The notes below the pieces were generated by a model that saw nothing but the letters and a program-made list of their open reading frames with translations, was not told the origin of the DNA and made no database searches. Source: Chrysomallon squamiferum (Eukaryota > Animalia > Mollusca). Taken from it: a DNA stretch of 64,000 nt. Shown piece after piece: positions 54,388 to 64,000 of the stretch; position 1 is the first letter of the stretch; each line of letters opens with the position of its first letter. A program made the position numbers and the translations under genes. The stretch is from the NCBI GenBank assembly GCA_012295275.1, contig CM022675.1:1302001-1366000 (forward strand). The letters are read 5' to 3'.

Positions 54388-55326
54388 ATGGGATACTGTA
54401 CTCCTAATGAACCCGATGAGCCAAACTTTGACTTGAAGCTTCGTGTCGCGTTCACAGTCGTCCTGTCTTTCTTTGTAGCCGCCACGTTTGCAGGCAACGT
54501 CATCCTCATGACGGCCATCGTCACGTGCGATCGTCTCCGACACCGCACCAACGTCTTCGTATTTTTCCGCGCAGTGGCCGACGTCGGAGTTTCTATGACG
54601 GCGATGCCGATGGCGGTGTACAGAGTTTACCACAACAACCAGTGGCATCTGGGAGAGACCGGGTGTCTGGTGTATCAGAGTTTTCAGATGATGTTCATCA
54701 CCGCCAGCATCAACAACCTGGCGTGCCTCGCCGTGGATCGCTACTTCGTCATCTGTCACCCGTTCTACCACAGCCAGACTAGAACCCGCTACGTCGCAGC
54801 CTTGGAGCTCGTCTGCTGGTTCTTCCCCGTCTGCTACTTCCTGCCCATCATGAAGCAATGGCACCAGATCGGGCTGAAGGAAGTCCTGCCGTGTTTTCCC
54901 ATCAAGAACTTCTGCGTGTTCCTCGTCAACGTCCCCTTCGCGGTCTTCACCACCGTCGTGTCGTTCTACCTGCCCAGCCTGGTGATGATCGTCTGCCACT
55001 GGAAAATCCACATCAGCACCACCGTGCGCGTCGCAATGACTCGCCGATTCAGCACCCTCTCCTCCGACTTCATGGAGGTGAAGGCGGCGAAAACGCTGAA
55101 CGTCGTGATGACTTGCTTCGCGGTTTGCTGGACGTCGTTCTACGTCATGTACGTCATCAACACCATCATGAGGTTCTCTATTCCTTACTCGGCGTTGGCG
55201 GCGATGTTCTGGGTGGGCTTGCTGAACTCCATGCTTACTCCTTGCCTCTACTACTACTTCAGCAAGAAGTTCAGAATCAGCATAAGACGCTTGTTTTTTT
55301 TTCAGAGTCGAGACTGCGACTCGTAG
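54388..55326 (+). CDS. Class A GPCR, biogenic-amine-receptor-like (5-HT4 / beta-octopamine / TAAR-like), divergent copy 1; intronless CDS, 312 aa
   Basis: Seven hydrophobic segments; GN (TM1), AVAD (TM2), WHLGETGC, LAVDRY, SFYLP, EVKAAKTL, FAVCW, NSMLTPCLY. Confidence 0.92.
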   Translation: MGYCTPNEPDEPNFDLKLRVAFTVVLSFFVAATFAGNVILMTAIVTCDRLRHRTNVFVFFRAVADVGVSMTAMPMAVYRVYHNNQWHLGETGCLVYQSFQMMFITASINNLACLAVDRYFVICHPFYHSQTRTRYVAALELVCWFFPVCYFLPIMKQWHQIGLKEVLPCFPIKNFCVFLVNVPFAVFTTVVSFYLPSLVMIVCHWKIHISTTVRVAMTRRFSTLSSDFMEVKAAKTLNVVMTCFAVCWTSFYVMYVINTIMRFSIPYSALAAMFWVGLLNSMLTPCLYYYFSKKFRISIRRLFFFQSRDCDS

Positions 55327-55774
55327 AACGAGCAGACGTTCACTGCTGACGTGTCCAGCACGCTTGCTAAAAATATCTCTGACGTCACGATTCCAGTGAC
55401 CACAAAAAAAATAGACTCTTCATCACCTGAGGACAACTTAACGAAGTGAAAATAATGAATTGTGCAGCATCTACAACACAGACGTCTGAACGAAAACAGC
55501 CTGCATTGATGTCACCCAAAACTGAATTCTTGAGGCCTGTAATGACGTGTTAGTATGGTGGTTTCAGAAATGTTTAGCAGTTTGTGGGAACATGGCTCGG
55601 CTTGGTCATAATTATGTCCTTCTATTTTCAGATGTTAGGTTTGTTTATTCTCACATCGTGATCTCATAAATTACCTGTAAAATATTCATTTAAAATATAA
55701 TAAAACATAATTTGATCATCTGGCTTTGAATGTTCGTTTGTTGCTTGTTTGTTTTTTGTTTTTATATATATATT

Positions 55775-55848
<74 letters not shown>

Positions 55849-56284
55849 GCTGTTATTGATATATATTTATTTATTTAGCTTATGTACAGGAAAGACTATT
55901 AGCCATTGTCTAAATCCATCACCACAAAAAACAGAATTTATATTTAAGTTTTGAGTTTTACGTTTGTGTAATGATGATGATGATGAAAATGTTGAGCATA
56001 ACATTAACAATAATAACATCAACAACAATAACAACACCAACGACAACAACAATAAATAACTAAACAACCACCGCAACAACAACAACAATAATAATAATAA
56101 TACTGAAGATGATGAACAACAAAATGCAATAATAATAATGTTAAGAACAAAAATAATAGAACATTCATCAAGAACAATAAATAAATAAATAAAAATAAAT
56201 CAGTTTAAGGCTTAAACTCGCTCAGTCTTGATGAATAAAATGTATCTATACACCTACGCTAGTTGTGACAGTCAACGAGCTTTG

Positions 56285-56404
56285 ACAGTAGCCATTTTGG
56301 AGCGGCATGACGTCATAAACGAGACAAAAATCTGGGTAAACATAAAAAGAAAAAACGTCATCTGCTAACCTTTCTGCCATTTTGGATAATTGTAAAACTT
56401 TTTG
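56285..56404 (+). promoter_or_regulatory. Candidate promoter and non-coding exon 1 of GPCR copy 2
   Basis: GCCATTTT at 56291, TGACGTCA at 56308, donor AACTTTTTG|GTAAGT at 56404/56405; acceptor TTTCAG at 57635. Confidence 0.45.
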
Positions 56405-57323
56405 GTAAGTTTCAGTCAGAGGATTTATTAATTTGGATGAAATAGTTGTTATTACTAACGTTTTGGAAATTGTTTAGTTTGTTATTAAGTGTAATCAGTT
56501 TTGTTCGTGAAAATGTAAATTTACTGTTTTTGATCTTTATTGGTGCTGACAAAAAAAAATCGTCTGCACCTATTTTACCTAATCAAGTGTTGAAAACAAA
56601 TAATGAAGTAAACTAAACAGTTTTCATCAGTGTTATTCTTCAAACTGAATAAATAAAAATAGATAGATAAATAAATAAATAAATAAATAAGATTAATAGG
56701 CTAGAATTTATTATTTATTTCTTTATTTCTTTATTATTTTAAACTATATTTAATAACGAGACCTAAACTGTATTATAAACTAAAAGTTAAATTTGTAACA
56801 GTAACGTAGAACGTAAAACATAGTTTTACTTATTGGCTAATCTTTACTTACTAGTTTCTGTTTTCTTCTTCTTCTTCTTCTTCTTCTTATTATTATTATT
56901 ATCATTGTCATCACTGTTATTATTGTTATTAATGTTTTCGTTATGATCCTGTCTGTACGCGTACTTCTTAAAACCATTTTTTGTTTTTTATTTTAAAATG
57001 ATCACCGTCGATTTCGTTATGCTGATGTTTTTGTCGTTATTTCTTTTTATTATTACACTCGTTCTTTTTTACGTCTTTTCCTCTGACATCTTTATAAAAG
57101 ATTTTCCTCCGTTTTTATTTGAATGAAAGCAATCTGAATCAATTTACGTACAATTTAGACATTTTCTACGTCAAGTTTGTGCCATAATCGACAGGACATT
57201 TACAAGATAAAAAAACATAGTAAGTATATAGAAAAAAAAAAAAAAAAAAGTAAAAAAATGGTTTAGGTATATTCAATAAATTCAATCTAATGAAATATAC
57301 ACCGAAAATTATGTGTACCCGTC

Positions 57324-57375
<52 letters not shown>

Positions 57376-57518
57376 CATCATCATCATTATCATTGTTTTT
57401 AATAAATTTTATTATTATTTAATTAGTTTAAATATAAATTTTATTTCTTTTCGTCTGTCCAAACTAATTGGTTTATTTCTATTGCTGTACACATTTCCTA
57501 CAAACTTATTTAAATACG

Positions 57519-57558
<40 letters not shown>

Positions 57559-58345
57559 TTATTAATTTATTTATTTATTTATGTATTTATTTATTTTATA
57601 CTAATATAGTCTTTGTTCTATTTTTACAATTTCAGCTAGGAAAGAATGAAGTTGTAACACGATGAAATAACAAAGAAAGAGGATTTTAAACAAATTCAGT
57701 ACCTATCTGGAAACAGGACATAGTCAGCTACAAGAATATTAAACAAGCTCAGTTTCCATCTAGAAACAAAGGAATTTTGAAGGTTACTGAATAACTAGAG
57801 TAGAGACATAGGATGTAGTGATTTTTGTAGGATCTAATCGATTACCATTTCTTTGTGGAGAAACAGGATATACTCAGAAGTGTAGAAGTGTGATGTCGTA
57901 GTTGTGTCTTGAGTGTGGCAGTCAACAGACGTCGTCAGAAGACATTTTTTAGAAACTGAAAGAAGAAAAGGAAAGAAAACAGAAGAAAAACAATTTGTTA
58001 CAGTTTGGAGAAGTCAAGTTGTGGACACTTCAAGTTAAAAGCGAAATGTAGTTTCGTAGACTGTAGTTTCAAGAGTTGAAAAATTAAATTTTCTGACTGG
58101 AAAACTGATGTACCTGATGTAATGTTTAGTATTTACAAGAGACTCTGATAAAGAATAAAAATTGAGATTAACAAAAGGAACAATCAGAGAAAAAGCAGAC
58201 AAATAAATAACAAAGAAAAACAATTAACTTCGTCGCAAAAGTAAATAAAATAAATAAAATAAAATAAAATAGAACACCTTCGTTAGGTTGCTTTCAAGGG
58301 GAATACATTTAACGCTAGAACGACGACATCAGAGACGTGTTACAG

Positions 58346-59296
58346 ATGACGACTAACAACTGCACGGACTGTGTGACGCCTGCCTTTGTCTCGCACTTGC
58401 CTCACTACTCGAGCGGGGAGAAAATTCTCATCACGTTTGTGCTGTCGTGCATGGCGCTGCTCACGTTCACTGGAAACACAATCCTCATCTTTGCCGTGGT
58501 CACGTGCGCTCGCCTCAGGAAGCGAATCAACGTCTTCGTCGTCGGCCGCGCCGTGTCGGACATCAGCGTGTCGGTGATGGTGATGCCGTTCGCGATCTCG
58601 AGGCTGATGGAGAATCACCGGTGGAGGCTGGGGAACACGATGTGCATCATCGCCCTCAGCTTCGACTTGATGCTGTGCACGGTGTCGATCTACCACCTCT
58701 CCTGTCTGGCCGTGGACCGCTACCTCCACATCTGCCGTCCCTCCATCGAGTACCAGCTCACCATCAACAACGTCGTCGTCATGTTGATCTGCTGCTGGGT
58801 GATGCCCATCTTCATCTCGTTTCTTCCCATCACCAAAAAATGGAATCTGATCGGCTTGGCGAGGGACATCACCATCTCCTCGTTGAGATACGACTGCATC
58901 TTCGTCGCCAACCTCGGGTACGCTTTTTCAGTGACCTTGATCGCGTTCATCTTCCCAGCTGCTTTCATAGGAACGTGCTACTGGAAGATTTTCCAGACGA
59001 CTCACTTGCAGGTGTCCGCAGTCTCAGTGACTGGCACCAGATCGAAGGAGACGAGGGCGGCGAGGACTCTGGGAATCATCATCATTTGTTTCGCTCTCTG
59101 CTGGCTTCCTTTCTTCATCGTCAACCTCGTCGATCCTCTGGTGGACAACGACCTTCCCTCGGTGGCGTGGCTGGTGGCCAAGTGGATGGGTTACAGCAAC
59201 TCCATGATCAACCCCTTTCTGTACTACTGTCTGAGCAAGTCGTTCAGATACAGCTTCGTCCACATCCTCAAGTGCAAGGAGTCGTTTCTCTGTTAG
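58346..59296 (+). CDS. Class A GPCR, biogenic-amine-receptor-like, copy 2; intronless CDS, 316 aa from the first ATG
   Basis: ATG at 58346; SFDLMLCTVSIYHLSCLAVDRY (TM3 Asp present), ETRAARTLGII, CWLPFFIVNLVDP, WMGYSNSMINPFLY. Confidence 0.93.
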   Translation: MTTNNCTDCVTPAFVSHLPHYSSGEKILITFVLSCMALLTFTGNTILIFAVVTCARLRKRINVFVVGRAVSDISVSVMVMPFAISRLMENHRWRLGNTMCIIALSFDLMLCTVSIYHLSCLAVDRYLHICRPSIEYQLTINNVVVMLICCWVMPIFISFLPITKKWNLIGLARDITISSLRYDCIFVANLGYAFSVTLIAFIFPAAFIGTCYWKIFQTTHLQVSAVSVTGTRSKETRAARTLGIIIICFALCWLPFFIVNLVDPLVDNDLPSVAWLVAKWMGYSNSMINPFLYYCLSKSFRYSFVHILKCKESFLC

Positions 59297-59736
59297 CGTC
59301 TTCACAAACCCGCTGCGTCCTGCGACCAGCAAAACTGACAGGAGTTCAGCTGTCTGCTGTCTCTCGGGAATAAATAAACAGATAAATAAATAAATAAATA
59401 AATAACATTCATATGCTCCTGACTTTCCTGTCGTCATAGATGTAGATAACACGTCACGTTGAACGTTGAAGTATCCAGATATTTTGTATTCAATTTCTTT
59501 TAGTAAAGTTCATGACGTGCACAAAACTGTTTTATTATTTGTTACCTCATTTCAGTTACTGTGTTTCTTGAAGACAGTCTCTGTCTTACTAACGTATCGA
59601 TGTTGTTAAAGACTGTGCAACGTAAGTTGCTGTGTGTAGCTATAAACTAAATAGATATGCTACTACTGAACCTTGATCGGCTGATAATCCTAGCTTAATA
59701 TTTGAAAGACATGAAATGAACATTTCAGCTGAAAAA

Positions 59737-59794
<58 letters not shown>

Positions 59795-59881
59795 GTATTA
59801 ATAACAGCTGTCTTGTTCTTGTTTCTATTATTTTCTTTGTGTTTACCTAACTAGTGTCTCGTCTTGAAGACTGCTGCTAAA

Positions 59882-59976
<95 letters not shown>

Positions 59977-60855
59977 ATCTCATTTCAGTCGCCCTTTCTG
60001 ATTTAAATATTTTCTTAAATAATGAAAGATTATTTATTTACTTACAGACGTAGAGGGAAAAAACAAATATATATATATTGTTTTAATTGTTATTCTAGGT
60101 TCCTGGATTCAGAAATCTGCAATAATTTGTGCCAAACGAGAAAACAGAGATTACGATTTAAATAGCGAAAACGTTTATTTTTCTTTAATCTGTGCCGATC
60201 TTTTGTGGTGATATCAGTTTTGACACAGAACTTGAACGAATATGTAAATCGGATGTCTTTTAATTAAAATAGAAAATAATAACTGAATGAAAAGCACCAT
60301 AAAATATTTAGCTAGAAAAACGCATATATAAGCGCTATTAAACAACAACAATAAACATTGCTGAAGAAGTAAAATTAAAAACATTTTATTGTGAAGGAAT
60401 GTTCGACGTTGCAACATTTTATTAAAAAGGAAAATACGACGTCAAAGGATTCGTTTGCAAAGAACCCCCCCAAAAAAAGAAAGAAAAAGAAGGACTAGAA
60501 CAACAACAACAACAAAAGAACGCAATAGCATTTCATATTTGTTTTTGAATCATCAACATTAATTAAAATAATAATAAGAAGGAATGATAAAATAATAACA
60601 AGAAAACAAACAAAACAGCAAAGGCAACGTCACAAGAGGGAAACATCATAGCATTAACTTCCAATAAGAAAATAACGTCACAATTAGAACGTCACAAAAG
60701 TTCATCACAACAACATTCACACCATTTGACTGAAAATACGAAAAGAGCTCAACAGACAGTAAAGTTAAACAAACAAAACCAAATAAACAACAGCTGAAAG
60801 AGAAATAAGACGTTACAACATTCAGATGGAAGCGTGAAATAACGTTACAATTCTT

Positions 60856-60893
<38 letters not shown>

Positions 60894-61024
60894 ATAATAA
60901 TAATAATAAAAATGTTCGTGTAACAAAACATAAAGAAATTTGTGAAACGAAATTAAATGTGGACGGGAACAGATCATAACGTAATACAAAATTAAGAAAG
61001 AAAAAAAAGAAAAAAGCTAGACAG

Positions 61025-62026
61025 ATGTCAAATACAAGTAACTGTGATGAAATAATCTCCAGTAGTGCAGGTCATCCGCCTCACTACAGCTTTGCCTTCC
61101 GCCTCCTCATCGTCATTATTCTGTCACTTGTTCCGGTGGTGTCCTGCGTGGGCAACATCGTTGTCATTTTAGCCATCGTCTCCAGCAAACGACTTTTTCA
61201 TCGGATGAGCATCTTCATCGGGTCACTAGCGATTGCCGACATCGGAGTCGCCATCTGCGTGATGCCGTTTGCCATCTACAAGGAGTTCACTGGCGGTATG
61301 TGGTATCTGGGAAAGGACATCTGTAACATGGCCAGCAGCCTCGACGTCACGTTGTGTACGGTGTCGATCCTCCATTTGCTGTGTCTGTCGTTAGACCGGT
61401 ACCTCGTCATCTGCCACCCGTTCCGCGACCCGCTCAGCATTCCGCGCATCACAGTAATGGCGCTCGTCTGCTGGTTTTTCCCCGCGTTTCTCTCTTTCCT
61501 CATCATAATGAACGAATGGCATCAGATAGGACTGGAAGACTACATGGCGTGCGTCAACTCGCAGCACACGTGCGTCTTCTGGGTCAACAAGGAATTCGCC
61601 TACGTTGGCTCCATGATCGCGTTCTACATCCCGGCGGTAGCAATGGGCTGGTTCTACTGGAAGATTTACCTGCAGACGAACAAGCAGAAGTTGATCCACG
61701 GCAAGCTGAGGATGATGACGACGCAGAACAGAGAAGCGAAAGCAGCCCGAACCGTGGAGATAATCATGACCTGCTTCACACTGTGCTGGGCGCCCTTCTT
61801 CATCCTCAACCTCATTGACCCCTACGTCAACTACAGAATCCCCTACGTGCTGTCGACGACGGCCCTGTGGCTCGGCTACATGAACTCCGTCATGAACCCT
61901 CTTCTCTACTACTTGTTCAGCAGCAACTTCAGTGCTGCGTTGAACGACATCGTCCGTCGTCTGTCGTACGACAGAAAAATCACTGTCGCCATGGACGCAG
62001 AACGTCAAGGAAAAGACCAGATGTAA
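61025..62026 (+). CDS. Class A GPCR, biogenic-amine-receptor-like, copy 3; intronless CDS, 333 aa
   Basis: SLAIAD, SLDVTLCTVSILHLLCLSLDRY, FWVNKEFA…AFYIP, EAKAART, CWAPFFILNLIDP, WLGYMNSVMNPLLY; closest to the 5-HT4/beta-octopamine/TAAR motif set. Confidence 0.93.
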   Translation: MSNTSNCDEIISSSAGHPPHYSFAFRLLIVIILSLVPVVSCVGNIVVILAIVSSKRLFHRMSIFIGSLAIADIGVAICVMPFAIYKEFTGGMWYLGKDICNMASSLDVTLCTVSILHLLCLSLDRYLVICHPFRDPLSIPRITVMALVCWFFPAFLSFLIIMNEWHQIGLEDYMACVNSQHTCVFWVNKEFAYVGSMIAFYIPAVAMGWFYWKIYLQTNKQKLIHGKLRMMTTQNREAKAARTVEIIMTCFTLCWAPFFILNLIDPYVNYRIPYVLSTTALWLGYMNSVMNPLLYYLFSSNFSAALNDIVRRLSYDRKITVAMDAERQGKDQM

Positions 62027-62087
62027 ATTCATAATACAGATCTGCATATAATTTTACTTTTCATTTTTATTGTAAATGATGATGATG

Positions 62088-62156
<69 letters not shown>

Positions 62157-62513
62157 TACAGACTCAGACTTGGTTTAATCATGACTCACATTTGGCATGA
62201 TCACGATACAAAATGTACGAAACATATTTAAAAAATATTTTCACATATATAACACATACATAAACATATACAAAAATAAACACACACACATACACACACA
62301 CAAAAAAAGGACACACCGACATTCACACAAGCATAAACGACAAAAGAGAAGTTAACCAGATATTTATTTCTTGTTCAGAAGACGGAAAGACATAGTTCAT
62401 TTTTTGTTGTGCAATAGAAGTAGTATTAAAACAATCACAAAGTTAAGTTTAATTTTCTCATATTCAGAGTCGAAGAAGAAAAAAAAGGTAAATCTGCTTA
62501 ATATTCATCATTC

Positions 62514-64000
62514 TTAGTTTTTCCCGTATTTAGATTTTTTGTTCTTTTTACTTGTTGACTTGAAACTGAAAGTTTCGTTCAAACGTACAAGAGAAGCTTT
62601 GGGCTCTCGTTTAGTTAGTGGCTCAGTGTGAATGTCTGATGTTTCTGTGATCTCGGAAGATGGATGTTTATTTTCATAGACGTCATAGTCGCGTTCGAGA
62701 AACGACGTTTCGTGGATAACGTCATCATTTGAAGGTTTGATTTTGTTCTTAAATAACTTTGTCTTGGTCTTGTCGTTGTAGCTACACTGTTCATCAACTG
62801 TGTCAGCAGCGCCCACGTCATTTGACGTAGATTTCTTCTGTTTTGATTTCTGTTTCTTTTCTTTAGTGCATACATCAACAGTGGGTATTGTTGTTTGAAC
62901 GGCATCGAGTACGACGTCGTCAACACCGTCTTTGAGCAGACGTTTTGAATCATTTGACGTTTTCTTTTTCCCAGGACGAGATTCGTCAGTAGAACTGTTT
63001 GGAACGTTTTCTCTTCTCTTGACTTTCTTTTCTTTGACCTTGACCTGTTTCTGCTGGCTGGTCTTCTCTTCAGGAACAGTTTCTAAATTCTCTCTGAATG
63101 GACGATCATCGTGAGTCTCATCACCTGCTGAACAATCTTCTCCACGTCTGACGTCATCTGACCTTGCACGGTGTCGACTGTGTGAATTTGAACTATCTGC
63201 ATTCAATTCAAGAACAGGATTCAAGTCGTCTGCTCTTTTTTCAGAATCAAAGTCGTCGTTGTTCTCAACTGTAGAAGTAGCAGATATAGAGTTTTCTGTA
63301 TTTTCTGGTACAATGCCCTGCAACTCGAAACTTAGAGAGTTCACCGATTCTGTCAGCTCAACATCTTCACAATTTGAGTAGTATCGTGATTTCATTACAC
63401 AGTTCGAGTTGTCCTCAGTTTCACTTGCAATCTCTTTCTTTCTGGTGTAAATAACAGGAATATTGGGTTGGGTTTGTTCTTCGTCGTCTAAAAGATATTT
63501 GAATCGTAATGCATCTACGACAACGTCACCAAAATCTCCTAATTTTGTCTTTGTCGAATTATTTACGTCACTGATAGGAATGTCTTCATTTATCTGAGGT
63601 TCCTCTGACAGTCGTTCCATCTCTCTGTCTGCTTGCAACGTCTTAACTTCTTTCTCGTCAACATTATCGTCAACATTTACGTCAGTGACATTGTTGTAAA
63701 CACCAGATACATCCTTGCCTGTTTCATTTCGTAACTTTTCTTTCTGTTTCATTGCCAGGAAAACAACATTGTCCATGCTCGTCTGTTGTACAATATTTAT
63801 CACTGTCTGAGACTCTGATGTTGTCTCCAGCGCATCTTCAGCACTGTCGTCATTTCTGTTTTCATAAACATTATCTGCATCTCTTCCATCAGAAACACAA
63901 TTTACTTCCAGATAATTGTTTTCTGTTGATACATTCTGACAGGTTTCTATTTCCACAAACTCAGATTTAAGTTTGTCTGCAGTTTCAGACTTGTCACTTT
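62514..64000 (-). CDS. 3' part (probably terminal exon) of a large low-complexity acidic/Lys-rich protein, open to the window edge
   Basis: More than 490 uninterrupted non-microsatellite codons; the frame stays open from 63956 to the edge; no domain recognised. Confidence 0.7.
   Translation of the reverse strand, partial: SDKSETADKLKSEFVEIETCQNVSTENNYLEVNCVSDGRDADNVYENRNDDSAEDALETTSESQTVINIVQQTSMDNVVFLAMKQKEKLRNETGKDVSGVYNNVTDVNVDDNVDEKEVKTLQADREMERLSEEPQINEDIPISDVNNSTKTKLGDFGDVVVDALRFKYLLDDEEQTQPNIPVIYTRKKEIASETEDNSNCVMKSRYYSNCEDVELTESVNSLSFELQGIVPENTENSISATSTVENNDDFDSEKRADDLNPVLELNADSSNSHSRHRARSDDVRRGEDCSAGDETHDDRPFRENLETVPEEKTSQQKQVKVKEKKVKRRENVPNSSTDESRPGKKKTSNDSKRLLKDGVDDVVLDAVQTTIPTVDVCTKEKKQKSKQKKSTSNDVGAADTVDEQCSYNDKTKTKLFKNKIKPSNDDVIHETSFLERDYDVYENKHPSSEITETSDIHTEPLTKREPKASLVRLNETFSFKSTSKKNKKSKYGKN

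Noticed and set aside
54388-62026. Assigning a specific symbol (HTR4, TAAR, Octbeta) to the GPCRs
   Set aside because: Motifs place them near this clade, but orthology cannot be established without a phylogeny.
54363-62047. Long antisense and alternative-frame ORFs over the GPCRs (e.g. 54367..55011, 58447..59373, 61391..62047)
   Set aside because: These are expected shadow ORFs of GC3-rich coding sequence and show no motifs.

Overview
AT-rich, microsatellite-saturated animal genomic DNA with spliceosomal introns and (TTAGGG)n repeats; the gene content suggests a lophotrochozoan, probably a mollusc (inference). In order: a small two-exon orphan ORF (+); a degenerate LINE lacking its RT core; a complete 24-coding-exon invertebrate contactin (+, 17312-34534; C-type lectin, 6 Ig, 4 FN3, GPI signal; 1250 aa by hand splicing); a convergent minus-strand gene with a signal peptide, a farnesoic-acid O-methyltransferase-like (Methyltransf_FA) domain, 5 cadherin repeats, a Thr-rich stalk, a TM helix and a tail, carrying up to three apparent 1-nt frame disruptions; an interstitial telomeric tract; a single C2HC zinc-finger ORF; three tandem amine-receptor-like GPCRs with intronless CDS; and the 3' end of a large disordered-protein ORF. 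The most unusual signal is that four intronic minisatellites are built from splice-site sequences. One is a 19-bp array whose transcribed strand carries 13 exact copies of the U1 snRNA 5' end (AUACUUACCUG), directly behind the donor of a frame-shifting 59-nt exon. All gene models and counts were done by eye.
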